In this document: positions 40,424 through 48,858 of the stretch, piece by piece
Numbering within the stretch: the first letter of the stretch is position 1
Layout of the letters: every line of letters starts with the position of its first letter
From: a virus
Reading direction: 5' to 3' (one strand)
Virus record (IMG/VR): IMGVR_UViG_3300006169_000022
Span: 1 to 55,714 of that record
Length of the DNA: 55,714 nucleotides
The notes under the pieces: generated by a model
Told to the model about the DNA's origin: nothing
Seen by the model: the letters and a program-made list of their open reading frames with translations, nothing else
The model's database searches: none
Position numbers and translations under genes: made by a program

Positions 40424-40440
40424 CGCGCGAGGAGGCCGTG

Positions 40441-40743
40441 ATGTTGGAATCGAGATACCAAGCATTGCTCATCAAGCGCCTTCGCGTCATGTTCCCGGGA
40501 TGCATCATCCTGAAGAACGACACTGACTACCTGCAGGGATTCCCTGATCTGACGATCCTGTGGCAACGCTACTGGGCCGTACTGGAAGTCAAACCAAGCG
40601 AGGACGCCCACTTCGAACCAAACCAAGAGTGGTACATCAGAACGCTGGACAACATGTCGTTCAGCGCCATGATCTGCCCCGAGAATGAAGAGGAAGTCCT
40701 GCATGACCTTGAACAGGCCTTTCGTTCTCAACACGCATCGTAA
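40441..40743 (+). CDS. VRR-NUC-type PD-(D/E)xK nuclease (resolvase-like), 100 aa
   Basis: ATG lies 5 nt after GAGGAGG (GTG 40438 also possible). GFPDLTILW...WAVLEVKPSE...NQEWYIRTL matches the G.PD...E.K...Q..w signature. Confidence 0.55.
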   Translation: MLESRYQALLIKRLRVMFPGCIILKNDTDYLQGFPDLTILWQRYWAVLEVKPSEDAHFEPNQEWYIRTLDNMSFSAMICPENEEEVLHDLEQAFRSQHAS

Positions 40744-41287
40744 CCTCGAGGGGTTGCATGCGCGTTTGAGTCCGAGCCAACACGCATGGGTGAATTACGA
40801 CGAGGACAAGTTCCTTCGAGTGCTCACTTCGCAAGAAGCTGCCGCCAAGGGAGATCGTCTCCATGAGCTGGCCATGCGTCTGATCCGAGACGGCGTCAAG
40901 CTGCCTCGGACACCCAAGACGCTCAACATGTACGTGAACGATGCCATCGGCTATCGGATGACCCCCGAGCAGACTCTGTTCTACTCGCCCGAGTTCTTCG
41001 GAACCGCCGACGCGCTGAAGTTCACCCCATCCAAGAGGCACCTTCGAGTCCACGACCTGAAGACCGGTGTCACGCCGGCCAAAGTCACACAGCTCGAGTG
41101 CTACTGCGCGCTCTTCTGTCTGGAGTACGGCTTCTCGCCGTTTGATCTGGACATGGAGGCCCGCATCTACCAATCCGACGAGGTGGCGGTCTTTGAGGTT
41201 GACCCCGACGTGGTGTTCCGCATCATGGAGAAGGCCAAGTTCTTTGATCTGCTGATCCGCCAGCGCAGGGAGGAAGCACTGTCTTGA
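40703..41287 (+). CDS. PD-(D/E)xK (RecB/Cas4-like) exonuclease, 194 aa
   Basis: ATG lies 6 nt after GAGGAAG. LSPSQHAW near the N-terminus, VHDLKTG (D-x-K) and QLECYCALF (Q...Y) motifs. Confidence 0.45.
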   Translation: MTLNRPFVLNTHRNLEGLHARLSPSQHAWVNYDEDKFLRVLTSQEAAAKGDRLHELAMRLIRDGVKLPRTPKTLNMYVNDAIGYRMTPEQTLFYSPEFFGTADALKFTPSKRHLRVHDLKTGVTPAKVTQLECYCALFCLEYGFSPFDLDMEARIYQSDEVAVFEVDPDVVFRIMEKAKFFDLLIRQRREEALS

Positions 41288-44037
41288 GTCCTATTCTCAA
41301 CGAAGACGACTACCTGGCACACTACGGCGTCCTCCGTCGTTCTGGACGGTTCCCGTGGGGGTCAGGCGGAAAGTGGGGTAGCGCCGGCACTGTCGACGCT
41401 GCTCAGCGAAGCAAGTCCTTCATGGACCAGGTGGCTCTGCTCCGGCAGGAGGGTATGTCTGATCCCGATATCGCTCGGGGTTTCGGGATGACTACCAAGG
41501 AGCTTCGAGAGACCAACACCATCGCAGTCAACGCCAAGCGTGCGGCTGACGTTGGTCAAGCAGTCAAGCTGAAAGAGAAGGGATATTCCAACGTCGCCAT
41601 CGGCGAGCGGATGGGTATCAACGAGTCCTCTGTGAGGTCTCTTCTCAATCGGCATCTGCAGGACAAGCAGGACATTCTGACCGAGACCGCCAACATCCTT
41701 CGGGATCAGGTGGATACCGGATCCTTCATCGACATCGGAAAGGGTGTCGCTACCACGCGCGGAATCTCGAACGAGAAGCTCAACTCTGCCGTGGCGCTGC
41801 TCAAGGATGAGGGATATTCAGTCCAGAAGGTCCAGGTGCAGCAGCAGGGCACCTCAGCGGGGAACAAGACCACGATCAAGGTCCTCTGTCCTCCTGGTAC
41901 GACCTACCGTGATGTCAAGATGAACATGGACAACATTCGCCAGATCGAACAGAAGACGAATGATGGAGGTCGGACTTTCTTCGGCATCCTACCGCCCAAG
42001 TCCATTGATGGCTCGCGCATTCAGGTCCGCTACGTCGAAGACGGCGGTGCGGAAGCGGATGGTGTCATGTACATCCGTCCTGGAGTCGAGGATCTCTCTT
42101 TGGGAGGCTCTCGATACGCGCAGGTCCGAATCATGGTGTCGGATTCGCACTACGCCAAAGGCATGGCTGTCTACCGGGATGATCTTCCGGATGGCGTGGA
42201 CATGGTTGTCAACAGCAACAAGAAGCGCGGCACTCCGATGCTTGGAGACAAGGACAACTCTGTCCTGAAGCCGTTGCAGACCGATGCAGATGGAAACATC
42301 GACAAGGACAACCCCTTCGGAGCCCAGATTGCCAGTCAGATCGGCAAGACGGATGCAACCGGTCGTGTGGTGGAGCTCACCTCCGCTGTAAATATCCTGA
42401 ACAAGGAAGGCGACTGGGAAGGCTGGAAGAAGAGCATTGCCTCACAGGTTCTGTCAAAGCAGAGCCCCAAGCTTGCTGAAGCTCAACTGAAGCAGGCCTA
42501 TGACAGGAAGCGTGAAGAGCTGGATGAGATCCTCGCTCTGAACAATCCTGCTGTGAAGGCGAAGCTGCTGGCCTCGTACTCTGAGGGTGCGGATTCTGCT
42601 GCGGTTCACCTCAAGGCTGCGGCCCTGCCAAGGCAGGCGTCACATGCCATCCTTCCGGTCAAGTCTCTGAAGGATACGGAAGTCTACGCCCCCAACTACA
42701 ACGACGGGGAACGTGTGGCTCTCATCCGCTATCCACATGGCGGAACCTTCGAGATCCCGGAACTCACGGTCAACAACCGTAACCGTGAGGCAACGGCCAT
42801 GATTGGCAAGCAGGCAAGGGACGCAATCGGCATCAACCACAAGGTCGCTGAGCGGCTGTCTGGTGCTGACTTCGATGGGGACTCTGTTCTCGTCATCCCG
42901 AACAATCGGGGCGCGCTCAAGTCCACGCCTGCACTGGAGGGTCTGAAAACGTTCGATGCTAAGGCTGAGTACCCGGCGTATGAGGGCATGCCCCGTATGA
43001 CGCCTCGTGCAAAGCAGCAGCAGATGGGGTTGGTCTCTAACCTCATTACGGACATGACCATTCAGAAGGCCAGCACTGATGAGCTGGCCCGTGCTGTTCG
43101 CCATTCGATGGTGGTCATCGATGCAGAGAAGCACAACCTGGATTACCGTCGTTCCGCTAGGGACAATGGGATCCTGGCTCTGCAGAAGAAGTACCAGCCT
43201 CGAGATGATGGCCGTGCTGGTGGTGCTGCGACCCTGATCTCTAGGGCTACGTCACGCACAGAAGTCCGGGCTAGGAAGCCTAGGTCCATGGCTAAGGGTG
43301 GTCCTATTGACCCTGCCACAGGAAGGCGAGTCTACGAGAAGACTGGAGAGTCTTGGGTAGACCCCAACACAGGTAAGACTGTCTACAAGACCCAGCGTTC
43401 TGTGAAGCTTCGGGAGACCGATGATGCACACACTCTGGTGTCTAAGGATGGTGGCACTCTGATTGAAAGGGTCTATGCCGATCATTCGAACAGGATGAAG
43501 GCTCTGGCTAACGAGGCACGTAAGGCCTATGTCGCACAGCCTTCGGTTCAGAGGTCACCCTCTGCAGCCAAGGCATACGAGGCACAGGTCAAGTCACTTG
43601 ATGCAAAGCTTAGCAATGCATTGAGGAACAGTCCTCGTGAACGTCAGGCCCAGGTCTTTGCCGATACTGTGGTGTCAGCCAAGAGGGATGCCAATCCCAA
43701 CATGGACAACACTCAGATCAAGAGAGCACAAGCACAAGCATTGGCTGAAGCACGTGCTCGCTTTGGTGCAAAGAAGGAACTGGTGGACATCACACCAGAT
43801 GAGTGGAATGCAATCCAGGGTGGAGCTATCAGTAACCACAAGCTCAAGCAGATCCTGGACAACACCGACATCGACAAGGTGAAGGCGTTGGCTACACCAC
43901 GTACACCAAGGCTCATGAGTGGTGGCAACCTGGCACGGGCCAAGCAGATGCAGGCACAGGGCAAGACACAGGCAGAGATCGCTGCTGCCCTTGGCATCAG
44001 TGTTACTACAGTGAAGGAGGGGTTGAACAGTGGATGA
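41284..44037 (+). CDS. Single-subunit two-barrel RNA polymerase candidate (YonO/QDE-1-like) with HTH segments, 917 aa, TTG start
   Basis: Beta-like SHYAKGMAVYRDDLPDGVDMVVNSN (aa 288-). Beta-prime-like RYPHGG (aa 482-) ... INHKVAERLSGADFDGDSVLVIP (ADFDGD at nt 42865-82). HTH-like GYSNVAIGERMGINESSVRSLLNR and GKTQAEIAAALGISVTTVKEGL. GGGAGG lies 10 nt before the TTG. Confidence 0.65.
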   Translation: MSPILNEDDYLAHYGVLRRSGRFPWGSGGKWGSAGTVDAAQRSKSFMDQVALLRQEGMSDPDIARGFGMTTKELRETNTIAVNAKRAADVGQAVKLKEKGYSNVAIGERMGINESSVRSLLNRHLQDKQDILTETANILRDQVDTGSFIDIGKGVATTRGISNEKLNSAVALLKDEGYSVQKVQVQQQGTSAGNKTTIKVLCPPGTTYRDVKMNMDNIRQIEQKTNDGGRTFFGILPPKSIDGSRIQVRYVEDGGAEADGVMYIRPGVEDLSLGGSRYAQVRIMVSDSHYAKGMAVYRDDLPDGVDMVVNSNKKRGTPMLGDKDNSVLKPLQTDADGNIDKDNPFGAQIASQIGKTDATGRVVELTSAVNILNKEGDWEGWKKSIASQVLSKQSPKLAEAQLKQAYDRKREELDEILALNNPAVKAKLLASYSEGADSAAVHLKAAALPRQASHAILPVKSLKDTEVYAPNYNDGERVALIRYPHGGTFEIPELTVNNRNREATAMIGKQARDAIGINHKVAERLSGADFDGDSVLVIPNNRGALKSTPALEGLKTFDAKAEYPAYEGMPRMTPRAKQQQMGLVSNLITDMTIQKASTDELARAVRHSMVVIDAEKHNLDYRRSARDNGILALQKKYQPRDDGRAGGAATLISRATSRTEVRARKPRSMAKGGPIDPATGRRVYEKTGESWVDPNTGKTVYKTQRSVKLRETDDAHTLVSKDGGTLIERVYADHSNRMKALANEARKAYVAQPSVQRSPSAAKAYEAQVKSLDAKLSNALRNSPRERQAQVFADTVVSAKRDANPNMDNTQIKRAQAQALAEARARFGAKKELVDITPDEWNAIQGGAISNHKLKQILDNTDIDKVKALATPRTPRLMSGGNLARAKQMQAQGKTQAEIAAALGISVTTVKEGLNSG

Positions 44038-44275
44038 GTACATGCTGTCCACATCGGACAACCCTTACTCACCCGTGACACAGTACCAAGAGTGGAAGGT
44101 GTGGGATCAACAGCATGGCTATCACACCGAAGCTTACCTTGCAAGAGTTACAACAACGAGTGATGAGCTGAGCGACGCCGACCAGGCGGCCGCGGTAGAT
44201 TCAGCAATGAACGACATCATCGAAGCTCATGCAGGTGGTCTGTATGTCAAGGTGAAAGTCCCGAGCTCCGGCTGA
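44030..44275 (+). CDS. Hypothetical protein, 81 aa, GTG start
   Basis: GTG lies 9 nt after AAGGAGG. Confidence 0.55.
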   Translation: MDEYMLSTSDNPYSPVTQYQEWKVWDQQHGYHTEAYLARVTTTSDELSDADQAAAVDSAMNDIIEAHAGGLYVKVKVPSSG

Positions 44276-44288
44276 TTTTCAAATGGGG

Positions 44289-44320
44289 AGGGGGGTGCCG
44301 CAAATGGTACCCCCCTTCTT
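44289..44320 (+). terminator. Terminator-like hairpin
   Basis: aggggggtgcc-gcaaat-ggtaccccccT (about 11-bp stem), followed by tcttcat (weak T-tract). Confidence 0.5.
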
Positions 44321-44328
44321 CATCGCCG

Positions 44329-44365
44329 CTCTCCTAAAAATTTCCCCGGAGGGATTTTTGGAGAG
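44329..44365 (+). other. Second long hairpin in the 160-nt gap before 44437
   Basis: ctctcc-t-aaaaa-tttccccggaggga-ttttt-ggagag. Confidence 0.4.
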
Positions 44366-44436
44366 ACTAAAGCGGTTTGAACCCGCTGGGAACTGCATCG
44401 AAAGTCCCGTAAAGGGCACGACAAGAAGGAGAAACC

Positions 44437-45276
44437 ATGCGAGTTCGCACTGCGCACGTCAGCCTCGAGGTGTTCGACAACGACAGGCAGCACACACAGG
44501 ACGTGGAGAAGATTTTCAACCGGGCGGTCGAGCGTCGTTACGCTTGGATCACCGGAACTGAAGCTGGCGACGCCAGCAACCTGGGCAAGGAGCTTGTCCG
44601 AGTCGGCCCCGAGGCCGGCTACAAGATGTGGGTCCCCGCTCGACAGGAGCACCGGGGCGAGGTCAGCAACACCGACGGCTGGATCGCCGTTCGAGAAGAC
44701 CTCATCACCGGGAACTGGGCACCGGACTACACGCCGTGTATTCCAGGAGCTGGCGCTCTCTACCGAGAGCAGGGTCTCGACAACGCTGACAAGCTTCGTC
44801 CCCGCTGGGCCCCGAAGGGCCTCGTGCATCTCGGCTTCGACTGTGCCAAGCTGCAGGGTCGAGTCAACCTCGGTGTCACCCACCACCTGACCAGCGGTCG
44901 TGTTGACGGCAAGGAGTCCGTTATTCACGGGGTCGACCACTACGAGTGGAACCAGAAGCTGGACCGCACCGTCACTCAGTGGGCGCGTGAGGTAGCCAAG
45001 GGCCCGGCCCTGGCGTTCTTCAACACCGACCGAAACCTCTCGGACCGAAGGAGCGATCCCGATGAGATCAAGGGCCTGACGACCCTGGCCGACGAGCTGC
45101 GTGACTGGCAGCCCACTGGCCACGGCGACATCGACTGGATGATGTCCTACAACAAGGACGGTCGGGTCAGCGCTCGCAGCTTCGTCGTTCTCGACGACAG
45201 GGAGTTCTTCCTCCACGGAGATCACTTCTTCTGCGAGGGCACCTACAACGTGGAGGCACGCGACACCAAGCGCTGA
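44437..45276 (+). CDS. Endonuclease/exonuclease/phosphatase (EEP)-fold protein (putative), 279 aa
   Basis: GAAGGAG RBS. The ordered motifs ITGTEAG, FNTDRN, DIDWMM and GDHFF resemble the EEP catalytic motifs (E, D.N, D, DH). The antisense 437-aa ORF is rejected. Confidence 0.45.
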   Translation: MRVRTAHVSLEVFDNDRQHTQDVEKIFNRAVERRYAWITGTEAGDASNLGKELVRVGPEAGYKMWVPARQEHRGEVSNTDGWIAVREDLITGNWAPDYTPCIPGAGALYREQGLDNADKLRPRWAPKGLVHLGFDCAKLQGRVNLGVTHHLTSGRVDGKESVIHGVDHYEWNQKLDRTVTQWAREVAKGPALAFFNTDRNLSDRRSDPDEIKGLTTLADELRDWQPTGHGDIDWMMSYNKDGRVSARSFVVLDDREFFLHGDHFFCEGTYNVEARDTKR

Positions 45277-45288
45277 AAGGAGTGAGTC

Positions 45289-45642
45289 ATGGCGTCCACG
45301 CGCAAGAACCCGGGCAACGACCCGGCGAACCGTAAGCCGCGTCGGCCGCCTGCCACGACTCCCGAAGCGCGCGAGAACCAACTCATCAACAAGGCGCTCA
45401 ATGAGATTGAGCGTCAAATCGATGCCGGCGAAGCGTCGGCCCAAATTCTGTCGCACTACGCGAAGCTTGGGTCGACGCGGGAACGGCTCGAACAGGAGCG
45501 CCTCCTTCGCGAGGTCGACCTTCTTGAGCGCAAGGCTCAGGCTATGGACTCGGCTAAGCGGATCGAGGAGCTCTACGACGAGGCCATCGCAGCGATGCGT
45601 TCCTATGGTGGCGACGCTCCGGAGCACCGTCATGATGACTAG
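45289..45642 (+). CDS. Basic N-terminus + coiled-coil protein, small-terminase-like (tentative), 117 aa
   Basis: AAAGGAG RBS. The ...ENQLINKALNEIERQIDAGEASAQILSHYAKLGSTRERLEQERL block recalls small-terminase-type proteins (memory only). Confidence 0.4.
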   Translation: MASTRKNPGNDPANRKPRRPPATTPEARENQLINKALNEIERQIDAGEASAQILSHYAKLGSTRERLEQERLLREVDLLERKAQAMDSAKRIEELYDEAIAAMRSYGGDAPEHRHDD

Positions 45643-46042
45643 GTGTTATTCAGAGCTTCGCCACCTGGGGACGCTCCAGGAGAGGTATGACTACCTCAAG
45701 CTTCGGGGCCAGGTAGGCGATCCGACCTTTGGTCACGACCGCTGGCTGAATCAGGATTTTTACGCCTCCAGAGAGTGGCGACGCATTCGACACTTCGTGA
45801 TCGCTCGAGACAACGGGTGTGATCTAGGGGTCGATGGCTACGAGATCTACGACCGGATCTATATCCACCACATGAACCCAATCACGGTCGAGGACATCCA
45901 GCATGGAGACGAGGACATCATCAACCCTGAGTTCCTCATTTCCTGCACCCATTCAACCCACAATGCCATTCACTATGGCGATGAGAGGCAACTTCCCCGG
46001 CAGCTCATCGAACGTAGGCCTGGCGACACCAGACTCTGGTGA
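45632..46042 (+). CDS. HNH endonuclease, 136 aa
   Basis: YASREWRRIRHFVIARDNGCDLG...IYIHHMNPIT...CTHSTHNAIH (the classic phage HNH pattern: W...R..v..RD.g.C...HH..P....H..iH). Confidence 0.65.
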   Translation: MMTRCYSELRHLGTLQERYDYLKLRGQVGDPTFGHDRWLNQDFYASREWRRIRHFVIARDNGCDLGVDGYEIYDRIYIHHMNPITVEDIQHGDEDIINPEFLISCTHSTHNAIHYGDERQLPRQLIERRPGDTRLW

Positions 46043-46053
46043 AAGGAGGAACC

Positions 46054-46632
46054 ATGGTACGCAATCGTGAAGAAGCTGCTCGGGCGGCAGAGGCAACCAA
46101 GACCAACGCCGTCGGCATGTGTCAGGCGGTCACGCGAGGATACTTCCTCGCCCCTTCGGTAGGAGACTTCGATGGTGACAGTGCAGCTGACGCTGAGGAC
46201 GGGTGGAAGCGAGAGCCGGCATGGGCCAAGCACAGCGACCGACGTCCTCCTCGCGGAACTCCCGTTTCTTTCCTTGGAGGTTCTCGGGACAACGGGCATC
46301 GTGCGATCAGTCTCGGCGACGGCGTCATCCGTTCGACGGACTTCGACAGCCGCACTAAGCGTTTTCGCGCTGGTGTTGTCGGGAACGGGACGATCGAAGA
46401 GGTAGCTCGCGCCATGGGCGTGACCTACGCCGGCTGGTCCGAGACCATCAGCGGGGTCAAGATCCCCGTTCCGCCGAAGCCCGAGATGACTCGGGGCGGC
46501 AAGGTCGACGAGGCCCTGGAGCGTTTGGCCAAGGCTGAGCGCCGGGCCAAGGAGGGAACCGAAAGGGACACTCTCCTCGACCGATCCATCCGCGTTCTCA
46601 AGCGCATCCAGCCCTGGAGGAAGAAGTCATGA
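46054..46632 (+). CDS. Endolysin 1: Cys-His peptidase (NlpC/P60- or CHAP-like), 192 aa
   Basis: ATG lies 4 nt after GAAAGGAGG. GMCQAVTRGYF (Cys nucleophile context) and GHRAISLGDG (His). The C-terminal 40 aa are shared with endolysin 2. Confidence 0.55.
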   Translation: MVRNREEAARAAEATKTNAVGMCQAVTRGYFLAPSVGDFDGDSAADAEDGWKREPAWAKHSDRRPPRGTPVSFLGGSRDNGHRAISLGDGVIRSTDFDSRTKRFRAGVVGNGTIEEVARAMGVTYAGWSETISGVKIPVPPKPEMTRGGKVDEALERLAKAERRAKEGTERDTLLDRSIRVLKRIQPWRKKS

Positions 46633-47390
46633 CCAACCCTCGCAAGGTGCATGGTGTTGACATCAGCCATCACCAGAACGGCACCATCGGCTGGGCTGCT
46701 CTTCGACGTGCCGGAGTCCAGTTCATGTACCACAAGGCCACGGAGGGAACCAGCTTCGTGGACCAGAACTACGAGAAGCGACGCAAGGAGGCCCGAGCTG
46801 CAGCTGTGCCGTTCGGGGCCTACCACTTCGCTCGGCCGGAGAGCGGCGACGCTCGCCAGGAGGCCAGGTTCTTCATCAAGGTAGCCAAGCCGGTTCCCGG
46901 CGACCTGGCGCCCTGTCTGGATCTGGAGACCAAGGAGCATCTTGCCGGCGCGGCTCTTGTCGAGTGGGCGGACAACTTCTGTGACGAGGTGGAGAAGCTG
47001 ACTGGGGTGACCCCCGTCGTATACACGCCCTATGATTTGTCTTTTGCCTTGGAGCGGAAGGCGATCTTCTGGGTGCCTCGTTACAACAACTCCAACACCC
47101 CTCCGGCTCGGCAGTGGGACATCTGGCAGTTCTCGAACGGCCAGTTCGGGGTCCCCAACCAGGTCCCCGGCCTCGGTCATGTCGACCTCAACACCTTCAA
47201 CACCGGTGTCAGCTTGGCCGACATCCTGATTCCCGTCAGGGCTCAGGTCAAGACCAGCAAGGGGGAGAACGTCGATGCCGCAGAGAAGCTTCTCACGACT
47301 GCCGAGAAAAGGGCGAAGGAGGGTTCTGAGAGGGACACCCTCCTGGATCGGGCTCGTCGCGTCCTCAAGAAGATCAAGCCGATCAAGTAG
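46629..47390 (+). CDS. Endolysin 2: GH25 muramidase, 253 aa
   Basis: HGVDISHHQG..IGW, FMYHKATEGTSFVD, GAYHFARP, CLDLE: a canonical GH25 motif series. ATGA overlap with endolysin 1. Confidence 0.75.
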   Translation: MTNPRKVHGVDISHHQNGTIGWAALRRAGVQFMYHKATEGTSFVDQNYEKRRKEARAAAVPFGAYHFARPESGDARQEARFFIKVAKPVPGDLAPCLDLETKEHLAGAALVEWADNFCDEVEKLTGVTPVVYTPYDLSFALERKAIFWVPRYNNSNTPPARQWDIWQFSNGQFGVPNQVPGLGHVDLNTFNTGVSLADILIPVRAQVKTSKGENVDAAEKLLTTAEKRAKEGSERDTLLDRARRVLKKIKPIK

Positions 47391-47435
47391 ACGGCTTCAG
47401 TTCAAAATGGAACCAATTCGAAGGAGGTGACCACC

Positions 47436-47855
47436 ATGGACAGCAGCATTCTGACCAGTGTCAAGAAGATCCTGGGGATCGACGACAGCTACGAAGCGTT
47501 TGACGTCGATATCCTCATGCACATCAACAGCGTGTTCCTGATCCTGCAGCAGCTGGGGATCGGTCCATCGACCGGTTTCTTCATCGAAGACAAGACCGCC
47601 AAGTGGTCTGACTTCCTCGGGGTGGATCCGAACTTGAACGCTGTCAAGACCTACGTCTATCTGCGGGTTCGACTTCTGTTTGACCCGCCACAGACGACGT
47701 TCCACATCAATGCCATCAACGAGCAGATCAAGGAGCTCGAGTGGCGCTTGAACGTCCATCGTGAAGGACTGTCGTGGGTTCCCCCTGAGGGACCAAATCT
47801 TCCTGGAAGCAACAACTTCGGGGATCCGACAGTTCTTGACGGCGGCCTTCCCTAG
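47436..47855 (+). CDS. Head-tail connector (gp6/gp15-like) protein (tentative), 139 aa
   Basis: ATG lies 8 nt after AAGGAGG. N-terminal SVKKILGIDDSYEAFDVDILMHIN resembles connector-family N-termini. Confidence 0.45.
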   Translation: MDSSILTSVKKILGIDDSYEAFDVDILMHINSVFLILQQLGIGPSTGFFIEDKTAKWSDFLGVDPNLNAVKTYVYLRVRLLFDPPQTTFHINAINEQIKELEWRLNVHREGLSWVPPEGPNLPGSNNFGDPTVLDGGLP

Positions 47856-47863
47856 GAGGCTCA

Positions 47864-48136
47864 ATGGCTTTCTCATTCAAGCTCCGTCGAGGCACCTCGG
47901 TTGAGTGGGCCGCGAAGGATCCTGTCCTGGAGGCGGGAGAACCTGGAATCGAAACAGACACACACCGACTCAAGGTCGGTGACGGACTAACCCGATGGGT
48001 GGCTCTGCCATATTATGGCTCGAGTGAGGGCGACGCACAGCCCTTGCTTGATGAGCACATCAACTCGGAAACTCCGCACCCTGTTTACGACGAAGGCGTC
48101 TCCCTTCTTCTCATCTACCAGAACGCAAAGGTGTGA
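47864..48136 (+). CDS. Minor tail protein with fibre N-terminal RRGT...W...GE.G.ETDT...K(V/I)GDG.T.W motif, 90 aa
   Basis: KLRRGTSVEWAAKDPVLEAGEPGIETDTHRLKVGDGLTRWVALPY. Confidence 0.55.
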   Translation: MAFSFKLRRGTSVEWAAKDPVLEAGEPGIETDTHRLKVGDGLTRWVALPYYGSSEGDAQPLLDEHINSETPHPVYDEGVSLLLIYQNAKV

Positions 48137-48139
48137 TTC

Positions 48140-48706
48140 ATGTCTCTTCAGACTCGCCTCAGTGATCTGATCACCGCGATCGGCACTGACTACAAGCAGC
48201 TCAGGACCTGGATCTCCGGGTCCTCGTCAGGAGACCTCACCGGTCTCACCACCACCGCCAAGACCAGCCTGGTTGCGGCCATCAACGAAGTGCAGTCCGA
48301 GGTCGGCGCCGGCGGAACTCAGCCGGATGCCTCCGTCACCACCAAGGGCATCGTCGAGCTGGCGACTCTCACCGAGGTTGCTACCGGCACCGACACTGTT
48401 CGTGCCGTGACCCCGGAGGGCGTTCGTCAGGAGCGGGTTGCGCTCAAGGCTGAGATCCTTGGCGCCGGCGTCCCGGCAGCTCTCGACACCCTCGACGAGC
48501 TCGCAGCGGCTCTCGGTGATGACGCGAACTTCGCTTCGACGGTCACCACCGGTCTGGCCAACCGTGTTCGCACGGACACCGCGGCACAGGGTCTCACGAC
48601 CACTCAGCAGTCGAATGCTCGCACCAACATCGCGGCCGTGGGGTCTGCGGAGATCGGGAACCCGGAGACGGACCTGGTCGCCCTCTACACCACGGCTAAG
48701 GCGTGA
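48140..48706 (+). CDS. Tail fibre protein, 188 aa
   Basis: TTKGIVELATLTEVATGTDTVRAVTPEGV and PAALDTLDELAAALGDDANFA are standard phage fibre motifs. Confidence 0.65.
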   Translation: MSLQTRLSDLITAIGTDYKQLRTWISGSSSGDLTGLTTTAKTSLVAAINEVQSEVGAGGTQPDASVTTKGIVELATLTEVATGTDTVRAVTPEGVRQERVALKAEILGAGVPAALDTLDELAAALGDDANFASTVTTGLANRVRTDTAAQGLTTTQQSNARTNIAAVGSAEIGNPETDLVALYTTAKA

Positions 48707-48852
48707 GCCTTCAGACCCGACTCACTGACCTGATCAACGCCATTGGCGCTGACATGAAGACCAAGGTCGCGGGGTCGGGCACCACCAAGATCACGGTCTC
48801 CACCACACAGCCCGCAACTGGGCCGGATGGCGAGATCTGGATTCAGAAGTAG
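48703..48852 (+). CDS. Small fibre-related protein, 49 aa, GTG start
   Basis: Not in the track. GTGA overlap. The N-terminus SLQTRLTDLINAIGADMK repeats the N-terminus of 48140..48706. Confidence 0.45.
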   Translation: MSLQTRLTDLINAIGADMKTKVAGSGTTKITVSTTQPATGPDGEIWIQK

Positions 48853-48858
48853 GCGACG

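Noticed and set aside
47864-48136. A diversity-generating retroelement, suggested by the Mtd/fibre-like N-terminal motif RRGT..W...GE.G.ETDT..K.GDG.
   Set aside because: There is no reverse transcriptase gene anywhere in the window, and I found no template/variable repeat pair. The motif is a generic fibre N-terminal domain.
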